Assembly (NCBI GenBank): GCA_016188425.1
Contig: JACPHX010000002.1
Coordinates: 2,373-66,372 of the forward strand
Source of the DNA: Candidatus Uhrbacteria bacterium
GTDB lineage: Bacteria > Patescibacteriota > Patescibacteriia > UBA9934 > GWF2-40-263
Length of the DNA stretch: 64,000 nucleotides
Direction: 5' to 3'
The position numbers and the translations under genes were made by a program. Position 1 is the first letter of the stretch. The number at the start of each line of letters is the position of its first letter. Under the pieces are notes generated by a model. It searched no databases. It saw only the letters and a list, made by a program, of their open reading frames with translations, and had not been told where the DNA came from. Below, piece after piece: positions 18,777 through 28,549 of the stretch.

Positions 18777-19550
18777 ATGATTGGATTCCTCCTCATCGAC
18801 AAACCCCTCGGTCTCACATCCAACGACGTGGTCGCGCGCGTCCGCCGGCTCACGGGCGTGCAACGGGTCGGCCACGCAGGCACGCTCGACCCGCTTGCAA
18901 CCGGCCTCCTCATCGTAGGCGTCGGGCGCGAAGCGACCCGAGAATTTCCCCGGTTGGTTGGCTTGCCCAAAACCTACCTCTCCACCTTCATTCTCGGCGC
19001 ACGTTCAACGACAGACGATGCCGAGGGAGAAAAAATAAGCGACCCAGTCCCGTCTCTCACGGAGGAAATCGTCGACCAAGGTCTCCTCCAACTCACAGGC
19101 GAAATCACCCAAACCCCTCCCCAATTCTCCGCGGTCAAAATCAAAGGCAAACCTGCCTACGCCCAGGCGCGCAAAGGGATAGAGGTGGTGATAAAGCCAC
19201 GGCAGGTGACAGTTTCTACTTTCAAAAGAATCGGATCGATCCGTCCACAAGCGGACGGGACGTTTGAGATCGACGTGAGCATCGATTGCTCGTCGGGGAC
19301 GTACATCCGTTCTCTGGCGAGAGACCTGGGGAGAATTCTGGGAGGTGGGGGGTATGTAAAAACGTTGCGACGGACATCTATAGGACCCTTTTCAGCCCAA
19401 GAAGCAATTCCATTACCAGCTGGAATATCCCATACCCAGCCAAGGGGCATGCCCCTTGGCCACATGTCTGATCCTGCCCTTCCAGCCATTCCAGCCCTCC
19501 CCCTGCTCCCCGTCCCAGGCCTTCTTGCCCTCCTCCCTCCCCCCTGCTAA
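18777..19550 (+). CDS. truB: tRNA pseudouridine(55) synthase
   Basis: GHAGTLDPLATG, PPQFSA, GTYIRSL. Confidence 0.95.
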   Translation: MIGFLLIDKPLGLTSNDVVARVRRLTGVQRVGHAGTLDPLATGLLIVGVGREATREFPRLVGLPKTYLSTFILGARSTTDDAEGEKISDPVPSLTEEIVDQGLLQLTGEITQTPPQFSAVKIKGKPAYAQARKGIEVVIKPRQVTVSTFKRIGSIRPQADGTFEIDVSIDCSSGTYIRSLARDLGRILGGGGYVKTLRRTSIGPFSAQEAIPLPAGISHTQPRGMPLGHMSDPALPAIPALPLLPVPGLLALLPPPC

Positions 19551-19574
19551 AGTATGCCGGTAAATCGTAACGAA

Positions 19575-19694
19575 TGCCGGCTGCTTCCGACTTGGTATGC
19601 GATCCGCCTTTCTCCAACTTTCCCCTTTCTCACCGATCCGCTATTTCCGGTTGTTCTTATAGTTGAAGGCCGTCCATCCGTCGGTTCAGCGGCA
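19575..19694 (+). ncRNA. rod-like RNA in the rny leader (6S-like position)
   Basis: Promoter TTGCCC-17-TAAAGT (19525-19553); nested stems TGCCG/CGGCA, CCGAC/GTCGG, GCCTT/AAGGC and CAACT/AGTTG around a pyrimidine-rich bubble. Confidence 0.4.
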
Positions 19695-19701
19695 AGGCCG
19701 T

Positions 19702-21264
19702 ATGAACCTCACCACCATTGTCGTCCCCCTTCTCACCCTCGCTGCCGGTACAGGCGCGGGGTATGCCCTTCGTAAACAGATAGCTCTGCGCCATGCCACC
19801 GATGCCGCGGCCACGGCCGAGCGGCTCATCGAGGAAGCCAAGCAGAAAGCCCATGCCACAAGCATGAACGCCCAACAGGAAGCCAGTGAAATTCTCATCA
19901 AGGCAAAAGAACGCGCCTTCAGCCAGCTGGAAGAAGTAAAACGCGAGGAAGCCACGCTTAGGCGTGAAATCCAGGATGCACAAAAGCGCATGGAAAAGCG
20001 CGAGGAGACATTCGACCAAAAAATCCTCGATCTTGAGCAGAAAAAACAACAACTGGAGGATAAGCTCCAGTTCGTCGAGCAGACGAAAACCGAGCTCGCC
20101 CGCGCAAAGGACGAGCATGTAGAACGACTTGAGGCCGTCGCCCATCTCTCGCAGGAGGATGCCCTGGCGCAGCTCCACTCCCACGTAGAAGGACGACACA
20201 CCGAATCCCTCCTCTCCCGCATCCGCAAGCTTGAACAGACGGAGGAGGAAGAGATCGAGAAACAGTCGCGCCGCGTCCTTTCCATGGCCATCACCCGCTT
20301 CGCCTCCTCGGTCTGCGCCGAGCACACGACCTCGGTCGTTGAGCTCCCAAACGACGAGATGAAAGGGCGCATCATCGGGAAAGAGGGGCGCAACATCAAA
20401 GCCATCGAGCATCTGACTGGCACCGAAATCATCGTGGACGAGACACCGTCGGCGATCACGATCAGCGGGTTCTCCCCCATCCGCCGCCAGGTGGCCAAAC
20501 GCGCGCTGGAAGATCTCATCAAGGACGGCCGCATCCAACCCGCCCGCATCGAAGAGGCGGTAAATGAGGCCAAGCTGAACCTCGCCAAAGAAGTCCGCAA
20601 AGCAGGCGAAGAGGCCCTCTACCAATGCGGCATCCCCGTTTCCTCCGTGGATCCGAAACTGACCTCCATCCTCGGCCGCATGCGCTTCCGCACGAGCTAT
20701 GGCCAGAACGCGCTCATGCACTCCATCGAAGTCTCAACCCTCTCTGGCATGATCGCCGAGGAGCTGGGAGCCGATGTGTTCATCTGTAAAAAGGGAGGCC
20801 TCTTCCACGACATTGGCAAGGCCGTGGACCATGACATGCAAGGCGCGCATCCGGAAATCGGGTACAATATCATGCGGAAGTTCGGCTTCCCCGAGGAAAT
20901 CGCCTACCAGTCCATCGCCCATCACGAGGACAAGCCGAGGACTATCGAAGGGGCTATCGTCAAAGCGGCAGATGCCATCAGCGGCTCACGCCCGGGCGCC
21001 CGCCGGCAATCGGTGGAACAGTTCATCCAGCGCATGGAGCAGCTGGAGAAAACCGCCATGGGCTTCACGGGGGTGGAAAAGGCCTACGCCATCCAAGCCG
21101 GCCGCGAAGTGCGCGTCTTTGTAAAGCCCGAGGAAATCGATGACCTCACCGCCTACAAGCTGGCCCAGGACGTCGCCCAAAAGATCGAAGCGGAGCTGAC
21201 CTACCCTGGAGAAGTGAAAGTGACGGTCATCCGCGAAACGCGCGTGTGTGAATACGCCCGCTAG
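19702..21264 (+). CDS. rny: ribonuclease Y
   Basis: N-terminal TM, coiled coil, KH domain (KGRIIGKEGRNI), HD domain (HDIGK), AIQAGREVRV. Confidence 0.97.
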   Translation: MNLTTIVVPLLTLAAGTGAGYALRKQIALRHATDAAATAERLIEEAKQKAHATSMNAQQEASEILIKAKERAFSQLEEVKREEATLRREIQDAQKRMEKREETFDQKILDLEQKKQQLEDKLQFVEQTKTELARAKDEHVERLEAVAHLSQEDALAQLHSHVEGRHTESLLSRIRKLEQTEEEEIEKQSRRVLSMAITRFASSVCAEHTTSVVELPNDEMKGRIIGKEGRNIKAIEHLTGTEIIVDETPSAITISGFSPIRRQVAKRALEDLIKDGRIQPARIEEAVNEAKLNLAKEVRKAGEEALYQCGIPVSSVDPKLTSILGRMRFRTSYGQNALMHSIEVSTLSGMIAEELGADVFICKKGGLFHDIGKAVDHDMQGAHPEIGYNIMRKFGFPEEIAYQSIAHHEDKPRTIEGAIVKAADAISGSRPGARRQSVEQFIQRMEQLEKTAMGFTGVEKAYAIQAGREVRVFVKPEEIDDLTAYKLAQDVAQKIEAELTYPGEVKVTVIRETRVCEYAR

Positions 21265-21308
21265 CAACCTTGGCAAACCTTCTCAATTTGCTCTACACTA
21301 CTATCGAT

Positions 21309-21638
21309 ATGAACAAAGCAGAACTTGCCTCACGCCTGGCGGATCGCCTGGGCGTCTCTAAAAAACTCGGCGACGATTTCGTTGACGCGTTCGAAGACAT
21401 CGTCACCAAAACCCTTGTGGGCGGCGGCGAAGTCACCATCGCCGGCTTCGGCACCTTCTCGGCCCGCAAACGCGCCGGCCGCATCGGTGTCAACCCCCGC
21501 GACCCGTCCAAGCCCATCACGATCAACCCGGTCACGGTCGCGAAGTTCAAGGCAGGGAGCGCGCTTAAGAAGATTCTGAAACAGGGGGAGAGGACGGCGG
21601 CCAGCACACCACCCCAGACCATATCCACTCCATCGTAA
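21309..21638 (+). CDS. hup: HU family DNA-binding protein
   Basis: MNKAEL, GFGTF, GVNP, KFKAG. Confidence 0.95.
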   Translation: MNKAELASRLADRLGVSKKLGDDFVDAFEDIVTKTLVGGGEVTIAGFGTFSARKRAGRIGVNPRDPSKPITINPVTVAKFKAGSALKKILKQGERTAASTPPQTISTPS

Positions 21639-21642
21639 CAAC

Positions 21643-21674
21643 AAAAGAACCTCGGCATTGCCGAGGTTCTTTTT
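21643..21674. terminator. bidirectional terminator
   Basis: AAAAGAACCTCGGC-att-GCCGAGGTTCTTTT. Confidence 0.85.
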
Positions 21675-21683
21675 AACGTACCA

Positions 21684-22214
21684 TCAGTTGGCTGACATCG
21701 TCCCCAACACCAGTTCCACCGCTTTCTCTTCCTCCAAGAAAACACTCACGATAATCAAGGATTCGTTTCGTTCAAAAACATAATGGGTCTTCTCAAGCCC
21801 CGCCGTCTGGGTGGTGCTGACAATCCTCTTGGCTGCGACGCCCCCGAGCTCGACATCCTCTATGGATTTCACTTCGTCCTTATTGTTCTTGATCGCCTCG
21901 ACAAAACCGTCCGTCGTAAGGCCCTTCGCCGCGTAAAAGTACGCGAGACTGATAGGCTTGTCCTCGCGCACTGTATCGCGCAGCGAGAGGAAGAAATCGA
22001 CATCCAGGCCAAGGTATTTGTACGCGCGTGTGTCCTTGTCTCGCAGATGGGTTTCCATGTACCCGGGGAAACGGAACGAGAACCCGTAATCGGCATCCTC
22101 GTATTTTTCCTTGAATTCGGGTGAGGCCACTGGCTTCACTTCCTCCTGTTTCCCCCACGTACATCCTGCTCCCAGGAGGAGCATCAGTCCGGCAACCGCA
22201 AATAGTTTTCGCAT
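21684..22214 (-). CDS. putative lipoprotein (PsbP-like fold possible)
   Basis: Lipobox LGAGC; YGFSFRFP. Confidence 0.75.
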   Translation of the reverse strand: MRKLFAVAGLMLLLGAGCTWGKQEEVKPVASPEFKEKYEDADYGFSFRFPGYMETHLRDKDTRAYKYLGLDVDFFLSLRDTVREDKPISLAYFYAAKGLTTDGFVEAIKNNKDEVKSIEDVELGGVAAKRIVSTTQTAGLEKTHYVFERNESLIIVSVFLEEEKAVELVLGTMSAN

Positions 22215-22215
22215 A

Positions 22216-23487
22216 TTATTCGTTTACGAACATCATCAATTTCTCCGTGATGTCGGCCAGTGGCACCAGGCGGCTTTCCGCTTCTGTGCGGCCCTTCCAT
22301 TCAATCATCCCGTCGGCCATCGTCCGCCCCGAGAGGACAAGACGCAAGGGGAAGCCCAGAAGATCCGCCGAGGAGAACTTCTCCCCAGGCGACGCATCCC
22401 GATCGTCCCAGAACACCTCGATCCCCTGCTTGGTCCATTCCTCATACAGCTCCGCCGCCCGTTCGCTGACCTGCCGCTGCACTTCCGGATCTTTATTAGA
22501 AAGCGAGACGAGCGTGACCGCAAACGGCGAGACGGACTTGGGCCAGATGATCCCCTTCTCGTCATTGAACTTTTCCACGATCACTCCCATAACACGCGAG
22601 ATCCCGATCCCGTAACAGCCCATGATGGGAAATTGCTTATTGCCATCCGCATCAATGAATGGCAAATCGAAGTCCTGGCCATACTTCGTCCCAAGGTCGA
22701 ATACGTTCCCGACCTCCGACGCGCGCGCCGACTTCAAGGCGCCATCCTGTTTGCGAGGACACGCGTCCCCTTCCTTTACGGTGGCGATTTCTTTGTTCAC
22801 GCAGAAGTCGCACCGCTCGCAGTAGAGGATGTCATCCTCACCCGCATCCGTCAGTACCATGAACTCGTAGGACACCTTTTTGGAAAACGCGCCGCCGGAC
22901 GCTTCCGTCACTTTCGCCGTGAGTCCAAACCGCGAGAACAGGCGGAGGTAGACTTCCTTCGCCTGTTGGTAGAACCGGTCGAAATCTTCCTGGGAAGTGT
23001 GGAAACTGTACATGTCCTTCATGAAAAACTCGCGCCCGCGCATGATGCCGCTCTTGGCGCGCAACTCGTCGCGGTACTTCCAATGGATCTGGTAGACAGC
23101 CAAGGGAAATTGCTTGTAGCTCTTTGCCCGCGACAATACGAGCGGCGTCACGATCTCCTCTTCGCTCTGCCCCAGCGCATACTCGTTGCCGGTACGGCTC
23201 TTGATCTTGAAGAGGACGTCGATACTGTCCCAGCCGCCTGTCTTCACCCAAGGATCTTTAGGATGGAGCGTCGGCATGAGCACTTCCTGCCCGCCAAGTT
23301 TGTTCATCTCTTCACGGACGATCGCCTCGATGCGGCGCAGTACGCGCAATCCCAATGGGAGATAAGAATACACGCCCGCCATGAGCGGATCAACGAACCC
23401 TCCTTGGATGAGGAGGCGGGCATTAGCAGTATCGGCATCGTGGGGGGCTTGGCGTTCCGTTTTGGTAAAGAGGTGGGAAGAGCGCAT
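22216..23487 (-). CDS. proS: prolyl-tRNA synthetase (short form, no editing domain)
   Basis: RDELR..GIMRGREFFMKDMYSF, EVGNVFDLGTKY, MGCYGIG; start at MRSSHLF. Confidence 0.95.
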   Translation of the reverse strand: MRSSHLFTKTERQAPHDADTANARLLIQGGFVDPLMAGVYSYLPLGLRVLRRIEAIVREEMNKLGGQEVLMPTLHPKDPWVKTGGWDSIDVLFKIKSRTGNEYALGQSEEEIVTPLVLSRAKSYKQFPLAVYQIHWKYRDELRAKSGIMRGREFFMKDMYSFHTSQEDFDRFYQQAKEVYLRLFSRFGLTAKVTEASGGAFSKKVSYEFMVLTDAGEDDILYCERCDFCVNKEIATVKEGDACPRKQDGALKSARASEVGNVFDLGTKYGQDFDLPFIDADGNKQFPIMGCYGIGISRVMGVIVEKFNDEKGIIWPKSVSPFAVTLVSLSNKDPEVQRQVSERAAELYEEWTKQGIEVFWDDRDASPGEKFSSADLLGFPLRLVLSGRTMADGMIEWKGRTEAESRLVPLADITEKLMMFVNE

Positions 23488-23604
23488 AGGGGAAGGGCGG
23501 AAAGGGTTGAAAGTGCGGAAAGGATTTAGAAAAACAAGACGGCCCTGTTCGAATAAAGCGTAGCAAATATAGGCGGAGATGCAAAACACCCGTGTCCGGG
23601 CAAC

Positions 23605-23722
23605 CCCTCTTAATCTCCCCTTGGCAGGGGAGATCGAGCTCGTGCTGCGTTCCGAACGTAGCGGCGCGGCTTTAGCCCGCCATCCGGTGAATCGGATGGC
23701 ACGGTAAAGGGATGCCGCTAGT
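23605..23722. repeat. cluster of REP-like elements
   Basis: CTCCCCTTGGCAGGGGAG (also at ~41539-41556 inside an ORF) and GTAGCGGCGCGGCTTTAGCCCGC...GCCGCTA. Confidence 0.55.
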
Positions 23723-23811
23723 TCTCAAAAACTCAAAAGCCCCGGAGATCCGCGTAGAACGTGCGGATTCCGGGGCTTGAGACGTGGGACGTGAGGGGGG
23801 GACTTGGGCAC

Positions 23812-24225
23812 CTAACGGCGCTTGCGGCGCGGCTGGTGCATGCCGGACGTGCGTCCGGCATTGGAGATCATCCGCGTCTCGGAAACGGCGCGGTGAAGCC
23901 GCTCGACGAGCACCTGACGCTCGACGGCCGTGAGCTTGCGCTCGGGCTTGGCCACGACGATCGCGGGCGCCGTCTTCTGAACGGGAACGTCGACGACCTT
24001 CGGGGCCGGCTTGGTCGCTTGGACGTCGACTTCACGGCGAAGACCGAAGCGCGAGCGCTCCGGCTTGACGTCGAACTTGATCGACTCGACGAGCTCGCGC
24101 TCCTCCGAGGTCAATCGACCCTTGCGACGCTCCTCGGAAACAGCCGAGGTCTGGTTTGAATTGTGATGAGAAACGGGAACCATGCGGGTTCCCTGACGCC
24201 TGAATCCAGTCTGATTGAAGATCAT
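23812..24225 (-). CDS. basic hypothetical protein with an internal repeat
   Basis: GGAGG SD 6 nt before the ATG at 24225; near-consensus promoter upstream; hairpin downstream (~23737-23779). Confidence 0.7.
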   Translation of the reverse strand: MIFNQTGFRRQGTRMVPVSHHNSNQTSAVSEERRKGRLTSEERELVESIKFDVKPERSRFGLRREVDVQATKPAPKVVDVPVQKTAPAIVVAKPERKLTAVERQVLVERLHRAVSETRMISNAGRTSGMHQPRRKRR

Positions 24226-24351
24226 GAAGATCCTCCGTGGCCCGGGACGGCCGAACAATTGGCGCATTCAAGCACCAAAGCCCTTATTCAACGCGTAAAT
24301 GGCGCCAAATAACGGCCTTTGTGCGTATCTATTTGAACAAATTAACTTGCA

Positions 24352-24380
24352 AATATACAAGAAAATATAGGTTTTGTCAA
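24352..24380 (-). promoter_or_regulatory. sigma70 promoter
   Basis: TTGACA-17-TATATT. Confidence 0.75.
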
Positions 24381-24418
24381 TAGTCACCGAGCAAAAACAA
24401 AAAGGGCTTGCGTTGCCC

Positions 24419-24916
24419 TTAGTTTACGAACGCCTCACGAAGCGTAGGTGCATTGAGTACCTTACGAAGAGCCCCACGGAACTGTTCACCGTGATCGGGC
24501 AGGATGGAATAGAGAGTGCCGCCTACGTCCTGGCACAAGATCTCCAAGTTGATCTCTGCGAAGAGTACCTGGATACGAACCGGGATGTGGCCCAATAGGT
24601 CGATCGTTGTGTGTAACGACGCCCTCTTAAACAGGGCTTCGTCTGCCTCTTTATTGGGGTATCCGTCCGTCAAACGAACGAACAGGACGACGAGATCCTT
24701 TTGAGACAGGATATCAGCCGCCAGGCGAGAAACCTGCAGGCCGACACCTGGCGGCAGGGAGACAGATCGCCGCTTCTCCATCACGCGAAGATTTTTCACT
24801 TCCCTGCTCTGCGACAGATACTCGCCCTCGATGATCGCGACGCGATCTGGGGGCGGAGGAGCAAATCGCTTGAACGTCTTCAACAAGGGGTACAATTTCA
24901 GGAAACGAGCATTCAT
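24419..24916 (-). CDS. hypothetical protein
   Basis: 165-aa ORF with a GGAGG SD. Confidence 0.65.
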   Translation of the reverse strand: MNARFLKLYPLLKTFKRFAPPPPDRVAIIEGEYLSQSREVKNLRVMEKRRSVSLPPGVGLQVSRLAADILSQKDLVVLFVRLTDGYPNKEADEALFKRASLHTTIDLLGHIPVRIQVLFAEINLEILCQDVGGTLYSILPDHGEQFRGALRKVLNAPTLREAFVN

Positions 24917-24974
24917 TATGTAACCTCCGTCTCATCTATGAGACACGGAACCCTAGCGCGAATAGTGCGAAGCG

Positions 24975-25865
24975 TCAAGGAGCGGGTGGGCGCCTCGACC
25001 GTCGTGATGATTTTAATTCTGGATACTGAATCTTTTTCCCTTGCGGGCAGCTACACGCCCGCTCGCTCTTATAAAGCCGGTACGCCGCCCGCCGCCAGAA
25101 GAAAAAGAACAGAGCAGCCAACAGAAGAAACAGCCAATTGAAAAGCCAAACCGACTTTGGACGAGGATGCAAAACCGTCACCGACGGGCACTGTGGCAGA
25201 GGCAGCGTCGCGGTCGGAACAAGCGGGAGGCAGCTTGGAGCTAGGATGGGGGGAGGAAGGAGGGGGGAGGTTGGAGGGGGGGGAGTGTCCGGCGGAGCCG
25301 GATCCGGCTCCGCCGGAGAGAATGACGGGGGGGAGGTTGGAGGGGGGGCGGCAATCGTGAACGTTGCGTTGCGAACTTGGCGGACGATATTTGTTCCTTC
25401 CCCGTCGCCAGAAAGCACGGAGGCGTTTTGGAACCGAATATCTGCCCGACCTTCCTTGAGCGTCTTAAACTCTGCCGTGAAGACCAACCCGTCGGATCCG
25501 ACGAATCCACCAGGCGTCAAATCGACTCCCGTGAACTGTATCGTCCCTTGCCCGCGATCGATAAACGGTTCCCGGAACCAGTGGCTGATGATAGTCCCCT
25601 CTGTCGTAATCCCTGTCGCCTCGACCAGTTCAGACGGAAACACGATGGCACCCTCAACGGCATTCACGGGAGTATCTGTTTGCACAAACACATGCACGGT
25701 GAAGGTTTGACCAACCATGAACGCTCCCGAGGCCGGAGCGAGTTCTATCGAAGCGGTTGCGGCGGAGACGGAAAAAGCGGGCAGCAGGCAGCTGGCAGCA
25801 AGCAGCAACGCAAAAAACAGCGAAGTCAATGGCCTTGCTATTCCTTTGAACGTTTTTTCCTCCAT
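24975..25865 (-). CDS. cohesin-domain surface protein with Pro-rich linker and C-terminal TM anchor
   Basis: Signal peptide; VGQTFTVHVFV..TPVNAVEGAIVFP; DGEGTN. Confidence 0.8.
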   Translation of the reverse strand: MEEKTFKGIARPLTSLFFALLLAASCLLPAFSVSAATASIELAPASGAFMVGQTFTVHVFVQTDTPVNAVEGAIVFPSELVEATGITTEGTIISHWFREPFIDRGQGTIQFTGVDLTPGGFVGSDGLVFTAEFKTLKEGRADIRFQNASVLSGDGEGTNIVRQVRNATFTIAAPPPTSPPSFSPAEPDPAPPDTPPPPTSPLLPPPILAPSCLPLVPTATLPLPQCPSVTVLHPRPKSVWLFNWLFLLLAALFFFFWRRAAYRLYKSERACSCPQGKKIQYPELKSSRRSRRPPAP

Positions 25866-26755
25866 ACGATTGCAGATATCATACCAAGAATCAGGAGCAG
25901 CGTCCCAGCGATAAGCCGAACGTCCATCCGATCCCAGAACAGGAGCGGAATTTCTACCGATGACATTTTCACATTCCCTGCCGCATCCGTGACACGAATG
26001 TACACGGTCTTCCCTGCCCGCGATGGTTGGTACACGTCCCCTCCTTTCACCCAGGACGTATCGGACGGAGGCTCGCCGTCCGTTTCTTGGTATTCAATCG
26101 AGGCGATCCCCGTCTGCGCGTCAAACGCGCGTACAGAGACCAACGGGTGGCCCTCGGTCGCTTGGGTGCCAGGAATCTGTTGAATAGTTTCAATCGTGGG
26201 CAGCTGATGATCCGCAACTGGAGCAGGTAAACCTTGCTTTGATGTCACCGCCACCTCCATGGAGGCGTCGCGAGTCACGGGTGTGGCCCCCCCATCGCTC
26301 CCCAGCATGCGTACGCTTCCGAGCGTCAATGACACGTCTCCGCTCTGCAGGGTGTCGAAAGAGATAGAAAAGAGCGTCCCGACTCCCGTGAACCCTCCCG
26401 GGATCATCGCCGCAAAAGGGATCCGCCCGTCCTCTGCGCTGGGACGTTCTATCCAAAGCGCGTTTAGCGAGGAACCTGTTTGCACCACTCCAGGAAGCAG
26501 CTGCAAGACAGGATAGGAAAGCTCTCCCTCGATGGCATTCACCGACTCCCCATGCGTATCAATGACGACGTCAACAGTGGTCGTCGCCCCGATGCCTGCA
26601 GTGGGATGAAGGGTCACCATCCCGGCAGCGACGGAGCGCGGGAGGATGCACAAAAACAACAGAACCACATACGCAATAGCCCATGGCCGACGGCAGACGC
26701 CATTTTTTTTCAGAGAGTTCCCCTCTTCTGTTTGTAAAATGTTTGTCATATTCAT
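25838..26755 (-). CDS. cohesin-domain surface protein with C-terminal TM anchor
   Basis: VDVVIDT.GESVNAIEGELSY, LWIERP, IPGGFTG; D.QTGI...IRVTDAAGN. Confidence 0.8.
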   Translation of the reverse strand: MNMTNILQTEEGNSLKKNGVCRRPWAIAYVVLLFLCILPRSVAAGMVTLHPTAGIGATTTVDVVIDTHGESVNAIEGELSYPVLQLLPGVVQTGSSLNALWIERPSAEDGRIPFAAMIPGGFTGVGTLFSISFDTLQSGDVSLTLGSVRMLGSDGGATPVTRDASMEVAVTSKQGLPAPVADHQLPTIETIQQIPGTQATEGHPLVSVRAFDAQTGIASIEYQETDGEPPSDTSWVKGGDVYQPSRAGKTVYIRVTDAAGNVKMSSVEIPLLFWDRMDVRLIAGTLLLILGMISAIVWRKKRSKE

Positions 26756-28095
26756 TCTGTCCAGTTGGCGGCCATGATACTGAAATCAATGAGATCGATG
26801 ACGCCGTCATTGCTCAACGCATTCCCTTCAAACACCCGCGCAAACTCGGAAAGCGGTTTTTTGTACCAATAAGCGGCGATGGAGAAATCTTGCAAGTTCA
26901 CCAGACAATCTCCATTCAGATCCCCCCGCCTTGGACAAACCCGATGCGGCGGCTGCACGGATGTCTCACCGACCTCAAACGAAGCCGCGATCCCAAGCTG
27001 GCTTACCTGCCCATCCACATGCACCTGCGCGCGCGCCACATGCGCTCCAGCATCGAACCCTGCCAACGCAAGGGTATACGCGAACGCCCCGTTTGCATCC
27101 GAGTGCGTCGAAACCTGTTGCTCTGCAATGGAATCGATCACGATATCAACATCAGCGCTCGGAGCCGCGAAGCCGCTTAAGATAATGCTCCCGAAAGAGA
27201 GCTGGGTCAGGTAATTGCTCACCAGCGTCGGGGGAAGGATGATGCCAGACACGGTCGTGCTGGAATTCGCTGTGACCAATTTTGATCGTGTATATAAAGC
27301 AGAACGATGCGTCAGAGGATCGATGGCGTAGAGGGCAAAATCATACCACCCTCCCACAAACCCCAATGCCTCCACAGAAAAACGTCCGGACGCATCCGCT
27401 TTGGCAACCGAGAGCGGCAACGTGTCTTTCAACAAAAACACATCGACGCTTGGATACGCGACTCCCTCAAACTTGATAGACGTCTTGGACGTCGTACTCC
27501 CATCCGCTCCGCCCCCTCCCCCGCCGCCCCCACCTCCACCCCCGCCACCTCCTCCTGCGCCTACGGGTACCGCAAATACCTCTCCCGACCGCGAAAGGAT
27601 CTCCCCACCGACCACAGACTCAACGACAAAATAATACGTCGTTCCATTTACGAGACCCGCGCTTGAGTACAGAAGTACATTGCCGACATTGGTAAACGTG
27701 TAGGGTCCTCCGGAAACCAGCGAGCGGCCGACACGGTACGATTCGACAGTTCCATGCGTCCCCGCGCTCGCAGTCCACAGCAGATCCACTTGTGCATCCC
27801 CGGGAGTCGCGGTCACCACAGACTCCGTCGCAAACGGGAAATACTCATACCCGGATTTCAACCCAAAAGAAGCAGAATCGCTCGCTCCAGGAGCCGCCTC
27901 CCCCATGGCTCCCAACATCTGGAACGAAGCGGACGAAGAGGTGCCACCCGCCTCCGTCACCGCTGGCTTTTTCAATTCAAAAGAGGGAGAGGTGTAGATG
28001 GACGAGGCAGACGCAGGACGCATCGCAAACAGACCGGCGAGAAACACGAACGCCGATGTTCGAAGGATCCACCGATGAAAGGATGTCTGGCGCAT
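26752..28095 (-). CDS. secreted FN3 + poly-Gly + Ig-like + dockerin protein
   Basis: FN3 (PGDAQVDLLW...LVNGTTYYFVV); G-run; duplicated Ca-binding dockerin motif GDLNGDCLVNLQDFSI / LSNDGVIDLIDFSI. Confidence 0.8.
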   Translation of the reverse strand: MRQTSFHRWILRTSAFVFLAGLFAMRPASASSIYTSPSFELKKPAVTEAGGTSSSASFQMLGAMGEAAPGASDSASFGLKSGYEYFPFATESVVTATPGDAQVDLLWTASAGTHGTVESYRVGRSLVSGGPYTFTNVGNVLLYSSAGLVNGTTYYFVVESVVGGEILSRSGEVFAVPVGAGGGGGGGGGGGGGGGGADGSTTSKTSIKFEGVAYPSVDVFLLKDTLPLSVAKADASGRFSVEALGFVGGWYDFALYAIDPLTHRSALYTRSKLVTANSSTTVSGIILPPTLVSNYLTQLSFGSIILSGFAAPSADVDIVIDSIAEQQVSTHSDANGAFAYTLALAGFDAGAHVARAQVHVDGQVSQLGIAASFEVGETSVQPPHRVCPRRGDLNGDCLVNLQDFSIAAYWYKKPLSEFARVFEGNALSNDGVIDLIDFSIMAANWTE

Positions 28096-28096
28096 G

Positions 28097-28540
28097 TCAG
28101 TAGGTCACATCTACCTCCGCTTCACGGATCACGAGCGCCGTAGTCGTGCTGTAAAGTATGGCCTTGTTCGCCTTGGGATAAATAATAACGCGATCCCCCT
28201 CCTTAGCTCCCACAAAAAACGGCTTGCCATCAAGGGGAGCCAGGTCGCGGATGGTGGCAACGGTCGGCTCCTCATCGTCTGGTAACGCCGTCTGATTTCC
28301 CACGGTCTCTAACAGCCGCCGGATCGATTCCTGTTTTTCTATATACGAATCGCGCCGTGCTTCCGCCTGGTTGCTGGAGGCCTTTGTAAGACTAAGCTTG
28401 TAGGCAACAAACCATCCGCCACCGATCAAGGCGAACATAAGCAGAGGCCCCAACACGAACAGAACCGGGTGATGTTGTGCCGCGGTTAGTTCTGGCGGAG
28501 GCAGGCCAGAAGGAGGATACCGTTGGATCGGAGTGGGCAT
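28097..28540 (-). CDS. membrane-anchored hypothetical protein
   Basis: One TM helix; LPDDEEPTVATI...PFF.GAKEGDRVIIY..KAILY. Confidence 0.8.
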   Translation of the reverse strand: MPTPIQRYPPSGLPPPELTAAQHHPVLFVLGPLLMFALIGGGWFVAYKLSLTKASSNQAEARRDSYIEKQESIRRLLETVGNQTALPDDEEPTVATIRDLAPLDGKPFFVGAKEGDRVIIYPKANKAILYSTTTALVIREAEVDVTY

Positions 28541-28549
28541 ACAAACAGG

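Noticed and set aside
27509-27556. C-rich tract as a regulatory repeat
   Set aside because: It encodes the poly-Gly linker of the dockerin protein.
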